From: a virus | Direction: 5' to 3' (one strand) | Length of the DNA stretch: 64,000 nt | IMG/VR virus record: IMGVR_UViG_3300002231_000336 | Part shown: piece by piece, positions 12,283 to 22,374 of the stretch | Layout of the letters: every line of letters starts with the position of its first letter | Numbering within the stretch: position 1 is the stretch's first letter | Position numbers and translations under genes: made by a program | Notes under the pieces: model-generated | Told to the model about the DNA's origin: nothing | Databases searched by the model: none | What the model saw: only the letters and a program-made list of their open reading frames with translations

Positions 12283-12946
12283 CTACCTTAATTGAGTGAA
12301 TAGTGGTAGTTTACAACCCCTATACTTATCATTTAAATCTTTTTCTATTAGCTAAAAAATTATCATTATGTTCTGGCATATGTTTCCATGTTTGGCCACA
12401 AAGATGGGTAATACAGTATCTCATATTTTTGTATATACGATACCCAGCCATGTAGGTTCTTAACCAATAATCTGAATCTTCAAATGAATTTATAAATCCT
12501 TCATCCCACCAACCAACCTTCTCGATGAGTCTTCGTTTCATCATAAATATCCCACCGAACCAGTCTTCTCTTATTTGGTCACAATATGGGATATTAAATT
12601 CAGTGCTATTCATAGTTGCTATCCCACACATTGGTTCTTTCTCAAATACTTCTACTAAACCTTCCAACCAATTAGGAGGGCAGAACAGGTCATTCCCCAA
12701 CGATACAACATAATCAGAATCAGTTGCAGCCCCAATACATATATTTGCATTTTCTGCGTAACTCTTTTTGTCTTTTGTATAAATGTATTTATCAGTGCTA
12801 TCTATAAAATGTTTCTCACCATTCTCTATAAGTATTAATTCAAACGGCAGTGAGGTACATGTTTTTACATGAGCAATACACTTCTTAGTCATCGGGATAA
12901 TTTCAGGTGCTACATGAACTATAGGTATAAAAACACTGACTTTCAC
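12283..12946 (-). pseudogene. GT2 glycosyltransferase, C-terminus truncated by an inserted base (intact 51157-51819)
   Basis: Extra T at about 12332-12334 creates RKRFK* instead of RKRFNDK...; motifs KVSVFIP, FELILIEN, FEDSDYWLR. Confidence 0.8.
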
Positions 12947-12949
12947 TTC

Positions 12950-13570
12950 TCACTCCTTATAAAGAACAGTACATAACCAAGACATATAATCGTACTTTTC
13001 GCCTTCAGCATCGTTAGTAAGATAAGTCTCCACGACACCATCATTTCGTAAACCAGTATGTTCAACGAGTTTGCGAAAAGAATCATAAGTGAAATATCTT
13101 ATATGCTCACCATGTGTAAACGGCGCCATACTCGGTGACCAGCTGAACTCATATGGTGCTGAAATAAGTATTTTATCTCTACTAATGCGTATTGCTTCTG
13201 ATAAACTGAATACTGGGTCTTCTATATGTTCGAGAACTTCGGTCATCACTACTGCGTCAAACTCATTATCACTGAATGGTAGTCTCTTCTCTAGATCAGC
13301 CAATATAAAATTCGGCACATCCTGTTTGACAAAATCAACACTGATAATATTTTGACGTTTAACACTACAGAATGTCGCTCCATTGTCACAGCCTAAGTCA
13401 ATAATACGTTTATCCCAGTAACCATGAGTCATTGGGATATTGCGAAATATCCATGTCTTATAATGCATCTCTAGTTGTTGGTCTGGACGACTCTTAGAAT
13501 TATCAATTCTACATACGGTCTTGTGTAGTTCTTTAGCACGAGCCTCGTGATGTGGCTTAGAAGACATCAA
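12950..13570 (-). CDS. Class I SAM-dependent methyltransferase (small-molecule or glycan type)
   Basis: IIDLGCDNG motif I, LPFSDNEFDAVVMTEVLEHI, ILISAP. Confidence 0.85.
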   Translation of the reverse strand: MMSSKPHHEARAKELHKTVCRIDNSKSRPDQQLEMHYKTWIFRNIPMTHGYWDKRIIDLGCDNGATFCSVKRQNIISVDFVKQDVPNFILADLEKRLPFSDNEFDAVVMTEVLEHIEDPVFSLSEAIRISRDKILISAPYEFSWSPSMAPFTHGEHIRYFTYDSFRKLVEHTGLRNDGVVETYLTNDAEGEKYDYMSWLCTVLYKE

Positions 13571-15819
13571 AGCACCTCACTAACCCATTGCTTCGCAACA
13601 TTAGCCCAGCTCATAGTATCAATATACTCATTGTTAATTTTACCAAGTGGGGCATCTAATACTTTGTTAAGCTCCTCAATGAACAACATACTTGATACAG
13701 CGTTAGGACTGCGTTCTGGCAATACCGCAAAGTCATTAGTTACGATATTACATCCAGTCGCTATTGCCTTTGTAAGAGCAATACAGTTTATTTCGCCTGT
13801 ATAATTGCTGGGATACGCGAAAACTGAACTTTTGGCATATTCGTGAAGTAGTTCTTTATGACCAATCCGTCCATGTTCATATATGCCTGGCTGTCGCAAT
13901 AATGGCAACATACGCTCTTTAAACTCATTAGACATTAATCCTTTCGCAACATATGTGTCATATGTATTCCAACCATAATATATGTGTAGTTCTGCTTCTG
14001 GGTGAACCTTCTGGACATCTGCCCATTTAGTAACGAGTAACTCTAATCCCCTATCATAACTACTAGCATATATAATGCGTTTAGGTTGCTTCTTAATGCT
14101 TTCTAGCCCGATAAAATCCTCAGGCACTAATCCATTAGTAGAGACTACAATCTTGTTACTATCCTGCAAATGCTCAGGCAATAACCCCTTATGATATTGT
14201 GAAAGAACAACGATTTTATCAAGTAGCATTGTTTTATCTGGTGTCAACATAGCATGTTGTGGGATATCATGAATCCACATCACATGAGTACAAGCTTTGA
14301 TGTTTGAGTATGATACATTACACCGCCAACCAATTAATGTTTGGAATGTATCGCTTACATTAAATTGGCATATAGGCTTGTATGTTACACCTCTATCAAC
14401 AACTTCCTCAACACAATTATTGTACACCGTTACTTCACGGCCAAGAGCGGCTAGCTCGCGTCCCAGCCAAATCATAGCCTCTTCACTGCCACCAATGCCC
14501 TTGGCAAGTGATTCAGGCCCCCACATATGAGGCGTATTCCCACAAAAGAAAACAACGCTGTTCGCTCCCCACTTCTTACCAGGTAAATAGAAATGACGTA
14601 AATCTTCTATCATCTCATTACCATGTAACTCCATCGGGATTGATTCAACAAGAGCTTTAACATTCCCTTTCATCTCTTTTGTGAAATTGAGCATCTTAAG
14701 AAAACATTTCATGTAATCATAATGCTCGGCTGTTTTTTCGAACAATTGTTCGAAGTTTAGAACGTCTTCGCTGTTGGGTGCTGCTTTCTTAGCTATAGCG
14801 AAATACTTAACGGCGTTTACCGCATCGTTAACACTAAGATAATTTATTGCAACGAATAGTGGCACTTTCCAATTAAGCAATGATGGGTCAAATCCCATAT
14901 TTGTTTGGGGGTGCCCTTTGCTTAAAGCCATTAACCCATACTCTATAGCTTTCTTATATCCGTCACGGTCATGATAGAACTCACATAACTGTGCATACGC
15001 CTGTGGCCATTCAGGTATTTCTTTTATTGCCTCATATAACGCATCAACTACGAGTTGTTCCTTACCGAGTTTTTCTAGGCATTTAGCTAAATAAAGATAT
15101 GATATGTAACGGTCTTCGTCCCAACCACTTACATTAATATGTTTATCTAGTAATGGTATCGCCTCACCATACTGACCGATTTCTGTGTATGCTCTGCCAA
15201 GTAACGCTAGTGTCCGTGGGTCTGGATTATCGCCCTCGTCTTCTACCATTTTTCTAAGGATACGGATATTTCGTTTTCTTGATTCCAGCCCATGGTCTTC
15301 TTCGGCAACATGAACCCTGACAAGCTTGTATTGCTCGTCTTTATAAAACTTAATCCCATTCTTATCATCACATACTATTGATTCATGAAGACGACCCTTC
15401 CAATATAGCTCTGAACATTTCTTTACTATTGCTTCTTTGTAATGGCCTAGTATACAATTGCCATCTTTATCCCGTGAATAATCATACCAACACAGCACTA
15501 CATTAGTCCCATGCTTCTTCATTTGCTCTATCATCCATGGGATATTCTCTGCACCAACCAACTCATCATCAGTGTCCATAACCATATAATAATCAGTTGT
15601 TATCCGCTCAGCTAACCAATTACGCTTATGGGCGAAATCATCACGCCATTCATATTTATGCATGGTTGCGTTTAGTTCAGTGTTATACGAACCACAATCA
15701 TATGCAATATGTATAACATCAAAGTAATCGCCATATTTCTCTATGATGTTATCGAGTTTGACCCACTCATCTTTGGCTATTATCGCAAGGGAAATGGTTG
15801 GGCGTTTAGTGTCTCCCAT
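13567..15819 (-). CDS. Bifunctional glycosyltransferase: GT2 + TPR + GT4-like
   Basis: TISLAIIAKDE, WRDDFAHKRN, DTDDEL, WKGRLHE; TPR helices; GIGGSEEA, YASSYDRGLELL, IALTKAIATGC. Confidence 0.88.
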   Translation of the reverse strand: MGDTKRPTISLAIIAKDEWVKLDNIIEKYGDYFDVIHIAYDCGSYNTELNATMHKYEWRDDFAHKRNWLAERITTDYYMVMDTDDELVGAENIPWMIEQMKKHGTNVVLCWYDYSRDKDGNCILGHYKEAIVKKCSELYWKGRLHESIVCDDKNGIKFYKDEQYKLVRVHVAEEDHGLESRKRNIRILRKMVEDEGDNPDPRTLALLGRAYTEIGQYGEAIPLLDKHINVSGWDEDRYISYLYLAKCLEKLGKEQLVVDALYEAIKEIPEWPQAYAQLCEFYHDRDGYKKAIEYGLMALSKGHPQTNMGFDPSLLNWKVPLFVAINYLSVNDAVNAVKYFAIAKKAAPNSEDVLNFEQLFEKTAEHYDYMKCFLKMLNFTKEMKGNVKALVESIPMELHGNEMIEDLRHFYLPGKKWGANSVVFFCGNTPHMWGPESLAKGIGGSEEAMIWLGRELAALGREVTVYNNCVEEVVDRGVTYKPICQFNVSDTFQTLIGWRCNVSYSNIKACTHVMWIHDIPQHAMLTPDKTMLLDKIVVLSQYHKGLLPEHLQDSNKIVVSTNGLVPEDFIGLESIKKQPKRIIYASSYDRGLELLVTKWADVQKVHPEAELHIYYGWNTYDTYVAKGLMSNEFKERMLPLLRQPGIYEHGRIGHKELLHEYAKSSVFAYPSNYTGEINCIALTKAIATGCNIVTNDFAVLPERSPNAVSSMLFIEELNKVLDAPLGKINNEYIDTMSWANVAKQWVSEVL

Positions 15820-16208
15820 TACACCCTCCTTGCTATACAGAACTGTGGGAACTCACGCATAAATGCTCGAAGTTCTGTGGTATTTTCAAAGAGCTTTTCA
15901 TCGTACTGTGATTTAAAATATGCCTCTAAATCATGTAATAACGATGGTAATAATGATAAACCTAACCTTAAACTTTTATCATTAGTCGAAGAAAATTCAT
16001 CTCTCGCATCTTCCTGCCGATATTTATTCTGCCGTATCAATCCACGTATATGGTCTTTATTAGTGCCGAGTTGTGGATTCTCACAACAAGTAACTTTTTC
16101 TCTATAAATTTGCCCACACCAATTACAATATATAGTCGGGTCTTTTAACCAAGTATTAATAAAAGCACGTGCTGCTACCATTTTGTTCGAGGTCTTTTTA
16201 AATGCCAT
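15819..16208 (-). CDS. Hypothetical protein with CxxC...CC motif
   Basis: Start reassigned to MAFKK behind an AAGGAG RBS. The longer track ORF would overlap the capsid gene and its terminator. Confidence 0.65.
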   Translation of the reverse strand: MAFKKTSNKMVAARAFINTWLKDPTIYCNWCGQIYREKVTCCENPQLGTNKDHIRGLIRQNKYRQEDARDEFSSTNDKSLRLGLSLLPSLLHDLEAYFKSQYDEKLFENTTELRAFMREFPQFCIARRV

Positions 16209-16234
16209 TTGGGGTCTACTCCTTATAAGGGGAA

Positions 16235-16260
16235 AGGTGGCTACTCGCCGGTAACCACCT
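16235..16260 (-). terminator. Hairpin after the major capsid gene (leaky terminator or stabiliser)
   Basis: AGGTGGTTAC-CGGCGA-GTAGCCACCT 10-bp stem followed by a short U/C tract. Confidence 0.6.
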
Positions 16261-16278
16261 ATACCCAGTTTTCGTTGT

Positions 16279-17190
16279 TTATAGATACATCTTAGCTGCA
16301 AATCCACCAAGTGGGTTCAAACATTCAAGAGTATATTCAACAACATATTCTGCTGTATCAGCATCACCAGTCTTCGCAATTTCGAGAAGTTCTGGTTTAC
16401 GCAAATAAGCAATGCGGAAAGATTCTGCATTAATACCAACTAGGTCATGCCCAGTCACCGCAGAACCAGTTGCATCAAGATTTACATAACGATGAGCAAA
16501 AAGTTTAACAACTTTCGCTGCATCACTTTCATAAACATCAACAGCGTTAATTAATCTTTTGTCCTCAACTTTAGTAAATTTCGTAGAACCAGCTGTCCAT
16601 GAGCTGATTTTACGTTTCATGTACATATCACCATAGACCTCGTCTACTTGAACAGTACCATTATCCCAAACATCTTGGAGGTAGTTGTTAAAAATAGTTT
16701 CAGTCATAGAGATCGAAGAAGCTGCCGTTGAAACATTAGAGACGGAAGCCTTAACACCACGAAGCGTACGGGCATCATTTGTTGATACAACTGATTGTGT
16801 CAGAGTACCACACATAATAGCCAATTCCATATCAGCTTTGAGAATCTTAAGAGCCTTCTCTGCTTCATAAGCATAACGGTCATTAAAATTAGCTGTGTTT
16901 ACCGCACGTTCCGTACCAGTCACAGAAAAATCCTGTGCACTGATTTGGGTTACGTTCGTTAAACGGGTGGGATTGGTCAACGTACGACCAGGAGCATCCG
17001 CACCTTCAGCTGCCGCATTTGCCTTTACGGAAGTCAATGTATCAACAAGCCACTCATGCAATGTGGACTTTGCTTCACTCACACCAAGACCAGTTACAAG
17101 CTGAGTCTCTGTGGGAGTAAGATTTGTGAGCACGCCTAATAGATCTTCGCGTACCGCACGATCATCATAACTGTAGCCAATTGTAGCCAT
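16279..17190 (-). CDS. Major capsid protein (HK97 fold, DUF5309-like)
   Basis: REDLLGVLTNLTPTETQL, HEWLVDTL, NVTQI, LKADMELAI motifs; follows the scaffold gene. Confidence 0.85.
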   Translation of the reverse strand: MATIGYSYDDRAVREDLLGVLTNLTPTETQLVTGLGVSEAKSTLHEWLVDTLTSVKANAAAEGADAPGRTLTNPTRLTNVTQISAQDFSVTGTERAVNTANFNDRYAYEAEKALKILKADMELAIMCGTLTQSVVSTNDARTLRGVKASVSNVSTAASSISMTETIFNNYLQDVWDNGTVQVDEVYGDMYMKRKISSWTAGSTKFTKVEDKRLINAVDVYESDAAKVVKLFAHRYVNLDATGSAVTGHDLVGINAESFRIAYLRKPELLEIAKTGDADTAEYVVEYTLECLNPLGGFAAKMYL

Positions 17191-17214
17191 TTCTTTATTC
17201 CTTTCTAATTACTT

Positions 17215-18087
17215 CTAGCCACGCAATGTCCCTTTGTCAATAAACATTTGGCGAAGAGCCTCACGGGCATCTTTACTATCACCTGTTTGTACAGCCCTTG
17301 CTACTGCCGAGGAACGACTACCACCTTCACTGTATTGGACACTTGAACCTTCTACGGCTGTCTTGCGCTGCATATTCCCTAGCTCTGCTTGTTTGCGTTG
17401 TAGAGCTTGTTGTGTTTTGGCTGTTTGACCTTGACCTAAATCAAATGCTGCGAGTTTAGCCGCAGTCAATAAACCATCTGGGGCGTTCTTATGCCCACTC
17501 TCCATGTAATGTATGATACGTTGAGTTAGTGGGCTGTTCATATCCCAATCAACAAGCCTGCCACTAGCATCTTGTGCAAATGCTTGAGGGAAGTTCTGCG
17601 CTACAGCAGATAATGCCTGCTGTTTAATAACCGTTTCTTGTTGAGCGCGTTGTTGAGCAGCAAAGCGTTCTTGCAACCTCTTATCAACACCCTCTTCAAT
17701 AAGACGTGCTTTTTCCTGTTCACACCATGCAGCATGTTCAGGATGTTGCTGTTTGTAAGTTTCCAAATCAGCTATGGTGTATTGTGGTTCCTCTGGTTTC
17801 ACCGATTGCTGTATGTTTTTTAACACATCAGACATTTCAGTGATTTTTGTTTCGAGCTTTTCGGTTTTCCGTAGTTGTTCACGATAACGGTTCTCGTATG
17901 GAACACCTTTCTCGTCTACTTCTCCTACTGGCAAATTACCCTCGCCAGAAGAGGGAGGAGTTGCAGGTAAATCTTCACTGATATTAACTTGCTCTTCTGT
18001 GCTTCCTTCTTGTTGAGGGACGTTCTCAACTTTTACGTCCTGGTTTTCAGGAGACGAATCCTGATTTACGTCGTTTTGAGTATCCAT
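17215..18087 (-). CDS. Capsid scaffolding protein
   Basis: Acidic disordered N-terminus, coiled coils, between portal and capsid genes. Confidence 0.7.
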   Translation of the reverse strand: MDTQNDVNQDSSPENQDVKVENVPQQEGSTEEQVNISEDLPATPPSSGEGNLPVGEVDEKGVPYENRYREQLRKTEKLETKITEMSDVLKNIQQSVKPEEPQYTIADLETYKQQHPEHAAWCEQEKARLIEEGVDKRLQERFAAQQRAQQETVIKQQALSAVAQNFPQAFAQDASGRLVDWDMNSPLTQRIIHYMESGHKNAPDGLLTAAKLAAFDLGQGQTAKTQQALQRKQAELGNMQRKTAVEGSSVQYSEGGSRSSAVARAVQTGDSKDAREALRQMFIDKGTLRG

Positions 18088-18109
18088 TGTTTCTCCTTAT
18101 TACTAGTTA

Positions 18110-18427
18110 TTATTCATTATCAAAATCGCCAGCCTGTACGGTTGACGGGTTCTGGAGTGCATGAAGTTGTTCACGCAATTCTTCCAACTCAGCCTCCCAT
18201 TGTTCTTTTAAGTTTGCGACACTTAATAACGCAAGTTTTGTAACCCTAGCTTCACGGAAAGTCTCTTCCGTACAGTTCTGCCAATTCTCATCTAAATCAG
18301 TTATCAAAGAGCGTATTTCTTCTTGCGCTATCTTCCACGCATGTGTTGTTCCTATTTCCTTTGTTAACACTTCTAACTTTGCAATACGTGCTATTATCTC
18401 ATCTTGAGCTGGGGTCTCTTCTTGCAT
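18110..18427 (-). CDS. Hypothetical helical protein
   Basis: 105 aa with AAGGAG RBS; follows the portal gene. Confidence 0.7.
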   Translation of the reverse strand: MQEETPAQDEIIARIAKLEVLTKEIGTTHAWKIAQEEIRSLITDLDENWQNCTEETFREARVTKLALLSVANLKEQWEAELEELREQLHALQNPSTVQAGDFDNE

Positions 18428-18443
18428 TGGGGTCTACTCCTTC

Positions 18444-20510
18444 CTACTTCATTTGTTTAAGTAATTCGATATTATTGTCCATTTGTTGTTGTTCAAGCTC
18501 CTGCTTCTTAGCCAACATTTGTCCTTGTACATCTGGATTAATGCCAAGAGATTTGAGCACCTGTGCACGTTCACCTGGTGTCAAATCCTCTAGCTGTATA
18601 GTTATTGGTTGCACTGGTGGCTTTTGTGGCGATGGTTGAAACGCAACAAATTCTTCCCAGTTCTCAACACCGAGTTCCTGTAGGGCTTGCTTACGAGCCG
18701 CAATAACATTCTCTGGCCCAGCAACACCTAACTGTAACGCCTGATATGCATCTTGTAATACTAACGCAGCCTTTTGCTGTTTCTGTTGTGGATTAGTATT
18801 CTGGTCATTAGCTCGTACATTAATCGTATATTTATTCTGTATCTCTTCCTTAGATAACTTAATGGACTCTTGCCCATTTTCTCCAAAATATATGAATTCG
18901 TATTCATCGTCCCCATACTGACACCATAAGTCCCATATCCAATTAAACAATTCACTAAATTGCTCACGGTACATATCGGCATCTAGTGAAAAAGAATCAC
19001 GATTTTCTTGCACGTGCATCTTTACTTCACCTTCTGTGCGAGGCTGGCGCTTGTTTATTTGTGACTGAAGGTTAAAATCTACCACACCTATAAGTTCCGC
19101 AATTTTACCTTCAAGGATTTGCTGTTCATCTTTGTAAGAATATTCAGCGTTAGTGTCAGTTGCGCGGAATGGGGCGATGACGTCCTTTAGTTGTTGCATA
19201 CCAGAAACAGGTATACCACGACCAAATGAGAACTGTTTGCTTTTGCCTTTAAGTTGCCCGGGTCTATATAGAAACATTGGTGTGTTCCGCATGGTCTGCG
19301 AATCAATACGTTGCATATGTTGGGTATCAATCTCCTTTACAATATCTTCTATAAGCTCAGCTAGAGACCGATGCGAGAACCATCTATCATCTATCAGTTC
19401 ATAAAAGAGTTTAACGAATGGAAACTTGCTAGAATAAAATGGTAGTTCGATTCTGCGAAGTATCGCATCAAAGTCAGGAGAGAGTGTAATAACACATTTC
19501 TCTTCTTTTCCATCTCCATTAATATCATAATAACAATACACTTCCCATATTTTAATGAGACCCTTTTCTTTGAATCTCTGGATACCTTCCCGTTTATCTT
19601 TCGTCATGTCGGTCTTATTATAATCTGAGTCCTTTGATAGCTCTATCGTATCAAATGCTTCCCTGCTCCAGTCTTTGTTGTCCACGTTACTCTCGATGTC
19701 TCTTAATGGCATGAAGAATTCATGGATAATGTATTGACAATCTTGTGGATCTACCTTACTGGTGCTTGGCACATAAAGACGTTCTGGGTCGACTAGCGCT
19801 ACATCAGGGTTATTCTTTATGACATCACGAAATTTGAACTCTACTATCTCTTCTCCTGCAAGTATCTTATCAATGCCTTTAGTCAACTCCTCAGCGTTAT
19901 CAGCTATAACCAGTCTACTAGTGTCAGGGTCCAATCTCATAGCAAAGAATCGGTCTATGACTTCACGGGGCGTATTGGGGTCATAAAGCGTCTGTATGTC
20001 TTGTTCGTCTAATTCCTTAACATCTAAATTAACTGTTCGTTTTTTAATTTTTATATTCCAATATGGCTTAAGTAGATAAAATCCCTTTTCCAATGACTGG
20101 TCTATCGCAATAATAGCTTTCTTCTTAATACCTATAACATTCATCACTAGATGGTCAATGAACTTTTCAATCTTAATTGCGGTCTCTCGTGAACCACCAG
20201 GGGACGGCAACACTGATACTATCGGCCTTACCCCAAATACCCCATTCATTAATGCGGCTTTTAGTTTACGAATCTTAGTGTCAATTATCGGCATACGGAT
20301 ATTAGAGCACCCAACGAATGGCTTGGTCTTTTGTTTCTTGATACGCATTCGCATCCGCTGCCATTTATCTTGCTTATTGCGCCATTTCGAGTTGTCTTCT
20401 TTACAATCAGTATACCAATCCTTTATGGTCGTTACGAGGTCATCACCAGATGGCGAAGACGCTTTCCCACTATAACCAGCCCTATTATCGCTATTAGTCC
20501 TATATTCCAT
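18444..20510 (-). CDS. Portal protein
   Basis: 688 aa after TerL; FPFVKLFYE..DRWFSHRSLAELIEDI, Gln-rich C-terminal barrel as in P22-like portals. Confidence 0.85.
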   Translation of the reverse strand: MEYRTNSDNRAGYSGKASSPSGDDLVTTIKDWYTDCKEDNSKWRNKQDKWQRMRMRIKKQKTKPFVGCSNIRMPIIDTKIRKLKAALMNGVFGVRPIVSVLPSPGGSRETAIKIEKFIDHLVMNVIGIKKKAIIAIDQSLEKGFYLLKPYWNIKIKKRTVNLDVKELDEQDIQTLYDPNTPREVIDRFFAMRLDPDTSRLVIADNAEELTKGIDKILAGEEIVEFKFRDVIKNNPDVALVDPERLYVPSTSKVDPQDCQYIIHEFFMPLRDIESNVDNKDWSREAFDTIELSKDSDYNKTDMTKDKREGIQRFKEKGLIKIWEVYCYYDINGDGKEEKCVITLSPDFDAILRRIELPFYSSKFPFVKLFYELIDDRWFSHRSLAELIEDIVKEIDTQHMQRIDSQTMRNTPMFLYRPGQLKGKSKQFSFGRGIPVSGMQQLKDVIAPFRATDTNAEYSYKDEQQILEGKIAELIGVVDFNLQSQINKRQPRTEGEVKMHVQENRDSFSLDADMYREQFSELFNWIWDLWCQYGDDEYEFIYFGENGQESIKLSKEEIQNKYTINVRANDQNTNPQQKQQKAALVLQDAYQALQLGVAGPENVIAARKQALQELGVENWEEFVAFQPSPQKPPVQPITIQLEDLTPGERAQVLKSLGINPDVQGQMLAKKQELEQQQMDNNIELLKQMK

Positions 20511-20523
20511 ATTTATCTCCTAA

Positions 20524-22008
20524 TTAGTAACCATATCCAAAATCGCCCCAGTCTTCATCTCCTGTATCACGGTCAACTGGTTGCCCGTATCTGTCCACTT
20601 CTTCAACAACCATATCTTCTAGGTCGGGTTGTAATAACTGTTCCGCATATGCCATACAATCTACAATATCATCATGACGGCTTGAGCCAATAGATAGTAA
20701 CTCATCTCTTGCAATGCCATGGTGGCTACCTATGATGTATCGTCCCTGCTCAAATAATGGCTGTAATGCCGCAATCACACGCCTTGTCTTGTTTCGCAAC
20801 ATAGCGCCACTGCCACTAGTAAATACATTTGTCAATTCCGCAACTGGTGGATGAACATTCAATCTTTCACATTCATTTATAAAAGAGTTAAAAAAGCCCT
20901 TCTCAACTCCTTTGTTAGGTATCCCAAGAGAAGTTATCCGATTTTTATTCTTCCCCCATAGATTCAACACCTGATGCATGTAAGTATTAATTGTCTCCCG
21001 TGTATGCACTACATCAAGCAACCAACGACGATTCTGCGCATCTATCCCTATAAGACATGCGACCTTCGCATCTGCCTTCTCATCTTCACTATATGCTGGG
21101 TCTAACGTAATTACACATGAAAGATTCTCTGGTAGCTCGTCTACGGTCTTCCATGTACGAATCATCTCTTGTTTTATCGGCGCACGCTCATTAGCCGTTG
21201 GGTCATTCATATATTCAGTTGAGAAGAAATATGAGCCAATATCGTGTTTCTGCTCCTGTAACCTATTATGCGACCATAATTCAGGCCATAATTCCTCACC
21301 AGCCTTTTCAACCCCAAACCTATAAGCCTTATACTTTTTCTTCTTCCAACCGTTATCTTTCTCAAAATACTCGTTAATTAAGCAAAGATGGGTAAGAATC
21401 GTCCCAATCCATATAAATTGGCCATTAGGGGTAAGTGAGTTAAAACAGGCTTTGAATATCCAGGTTTCTAACTTTCTTCGTCTATCAGGTGTTGCAACGC
21501 TCTCTTCAGTCTCAATATCGTCCAGCACTATTAAATCCGGCCTATAACCACGAATCTGCCCTTCAGCGCCCCTAGCCTTTATCTCAGCACCGTTCTTTAA
21601 TATAATATTACTTTCAGTCCACTTACCTTTCCCGACCTGATTACCAAATATCAACTTTAACAGCTTATTATTCTCAATCTCAAACTTTATCGTGCGTAAA
21701 AACTCAATGGCTTTATCCTCAGATGCACTAATAATCAACACTTTCTTCTTCTCAAGCATCAAAACACTGTAGAGCGGGTAAAATACACTGCAAATGTAAC
21801 TTTTAGCGAACCCCCTTGGCGCTGCAACGAGCATTTTCCGCTCTGAGAGCAACATTTCATAGATTTCACAGTGAAATTCCGGCATTTTGCATGTCAGATG
21901 ATGCTCAAGCGTGTCAGTGACGAACCGGATCATCCCTAACTTCTTATCACTCCAGGCTCGTATAACATTAAAACGCTTCTCACGCTCCTCATTGCTTATA
22001 AAGGTCAT
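20524..22008 (-). CDS. terL: Terminase large subunit
   Basis: APRGFAKS Walker A, RGYRPDLIVLDDIE Walker B, TLDPA and HDDIVDCMAY nuclease motifs. Confidence 0.95.
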   Translation of the reverse strand: MTFISNEEREKRFNVIRAWSDKKLGMIRFVTDTLEHHLTCKMPEFHCEIYEMLLSERKMLVAAPRGFAKSYICSVFYPLYSVLMLEKKKVLIISASEDKAIEFLRTIKFEIENNKLLKLIFGNQVGKGKWTESNIILKNGAEIKARGAEGQIRGYRPDLIVLDDIETEESVATPDRRRKLETWIFKACFNSLTPNGQFIWIGTILTHLCLINEYFEKDNGWKKKKYKAYRFGVEKAGEELWPELWSHNRLQEQKHDIGSYFFSTEYMNDPTANERAPIKQEMIRTWKTVDELPENLSCVITLDPAYSEDEKADAKVACLIGIDAQNRRWLLDVVHTRETINTYMHQVLNLWGKNKNRITSLGIPNKGVEKGFFNSFINECERLNVHPPVAELTNVFTSGSGAMLRNKTRRVIAALQPLFEQGRYIIGSHHGIARDELLSIGSSRHDDIVDCMAYAEQLLQPDLEDMVVEEVDRYGQPVDRDTGDEDWGDFGYGY

Positions 22009-22370
22009 TTTGTCACCACTTTCGAGGCGATCTTAGCCTTTGCGTCCCTCTTAACCCTCGGTTTCTTTATAACGCTCTGCAACGCAGCATAAATATCCAT
22101 GCAGGCTCGGTTCAACTGCTCATGGTCAAATACAAATATATACCCATCCCCATCATAAATATCACTATAGCGCAATGCACGCTCCGTAAGCACTCCTTCG
22201 ATGACCTCATGGAACAGGGTCTGCAACACATCCTCATCATCCAGGGCCTCATTTATCGTCAACACCTTGTTCGCCATGTCAAACTGTCCGGCATCTTCGA
22301 TAAGCGCCCTCACGACCTTATACGTTCTTCCCGCAATCGGTAGGGTTTTCGGTAACTTCAACGAACACAT
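22005..22370 (-). CDS. Small zincin-like phage protein
   Basis: IAGRTYKV...LTINEAL...QTLFHEVIEGV (HExxH-like motif). Confidence 0.6.
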   Translation of the reverse strand: MCSLKLPKTLPIAGRTYKVVRALIEDAGQFDMANKVLTINEALDDEDVLQTLFHEVIEGVLTERALRYSDIYDGDGYIFVFDHEQLNRACMDIYAALQSVIKKPRVKRDAKAKIASKVVTK

Positions 22371-22374
22371 GGGG

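Noticed and set aside
2175-12334. Programmed frameshifting or phase variation in tail and GT genes
   Set aside because: All eight differences are +1 insertions in one copy only, half of them outside homopolymers, hitting essential genes and clustered at the window start. This fits read error better.
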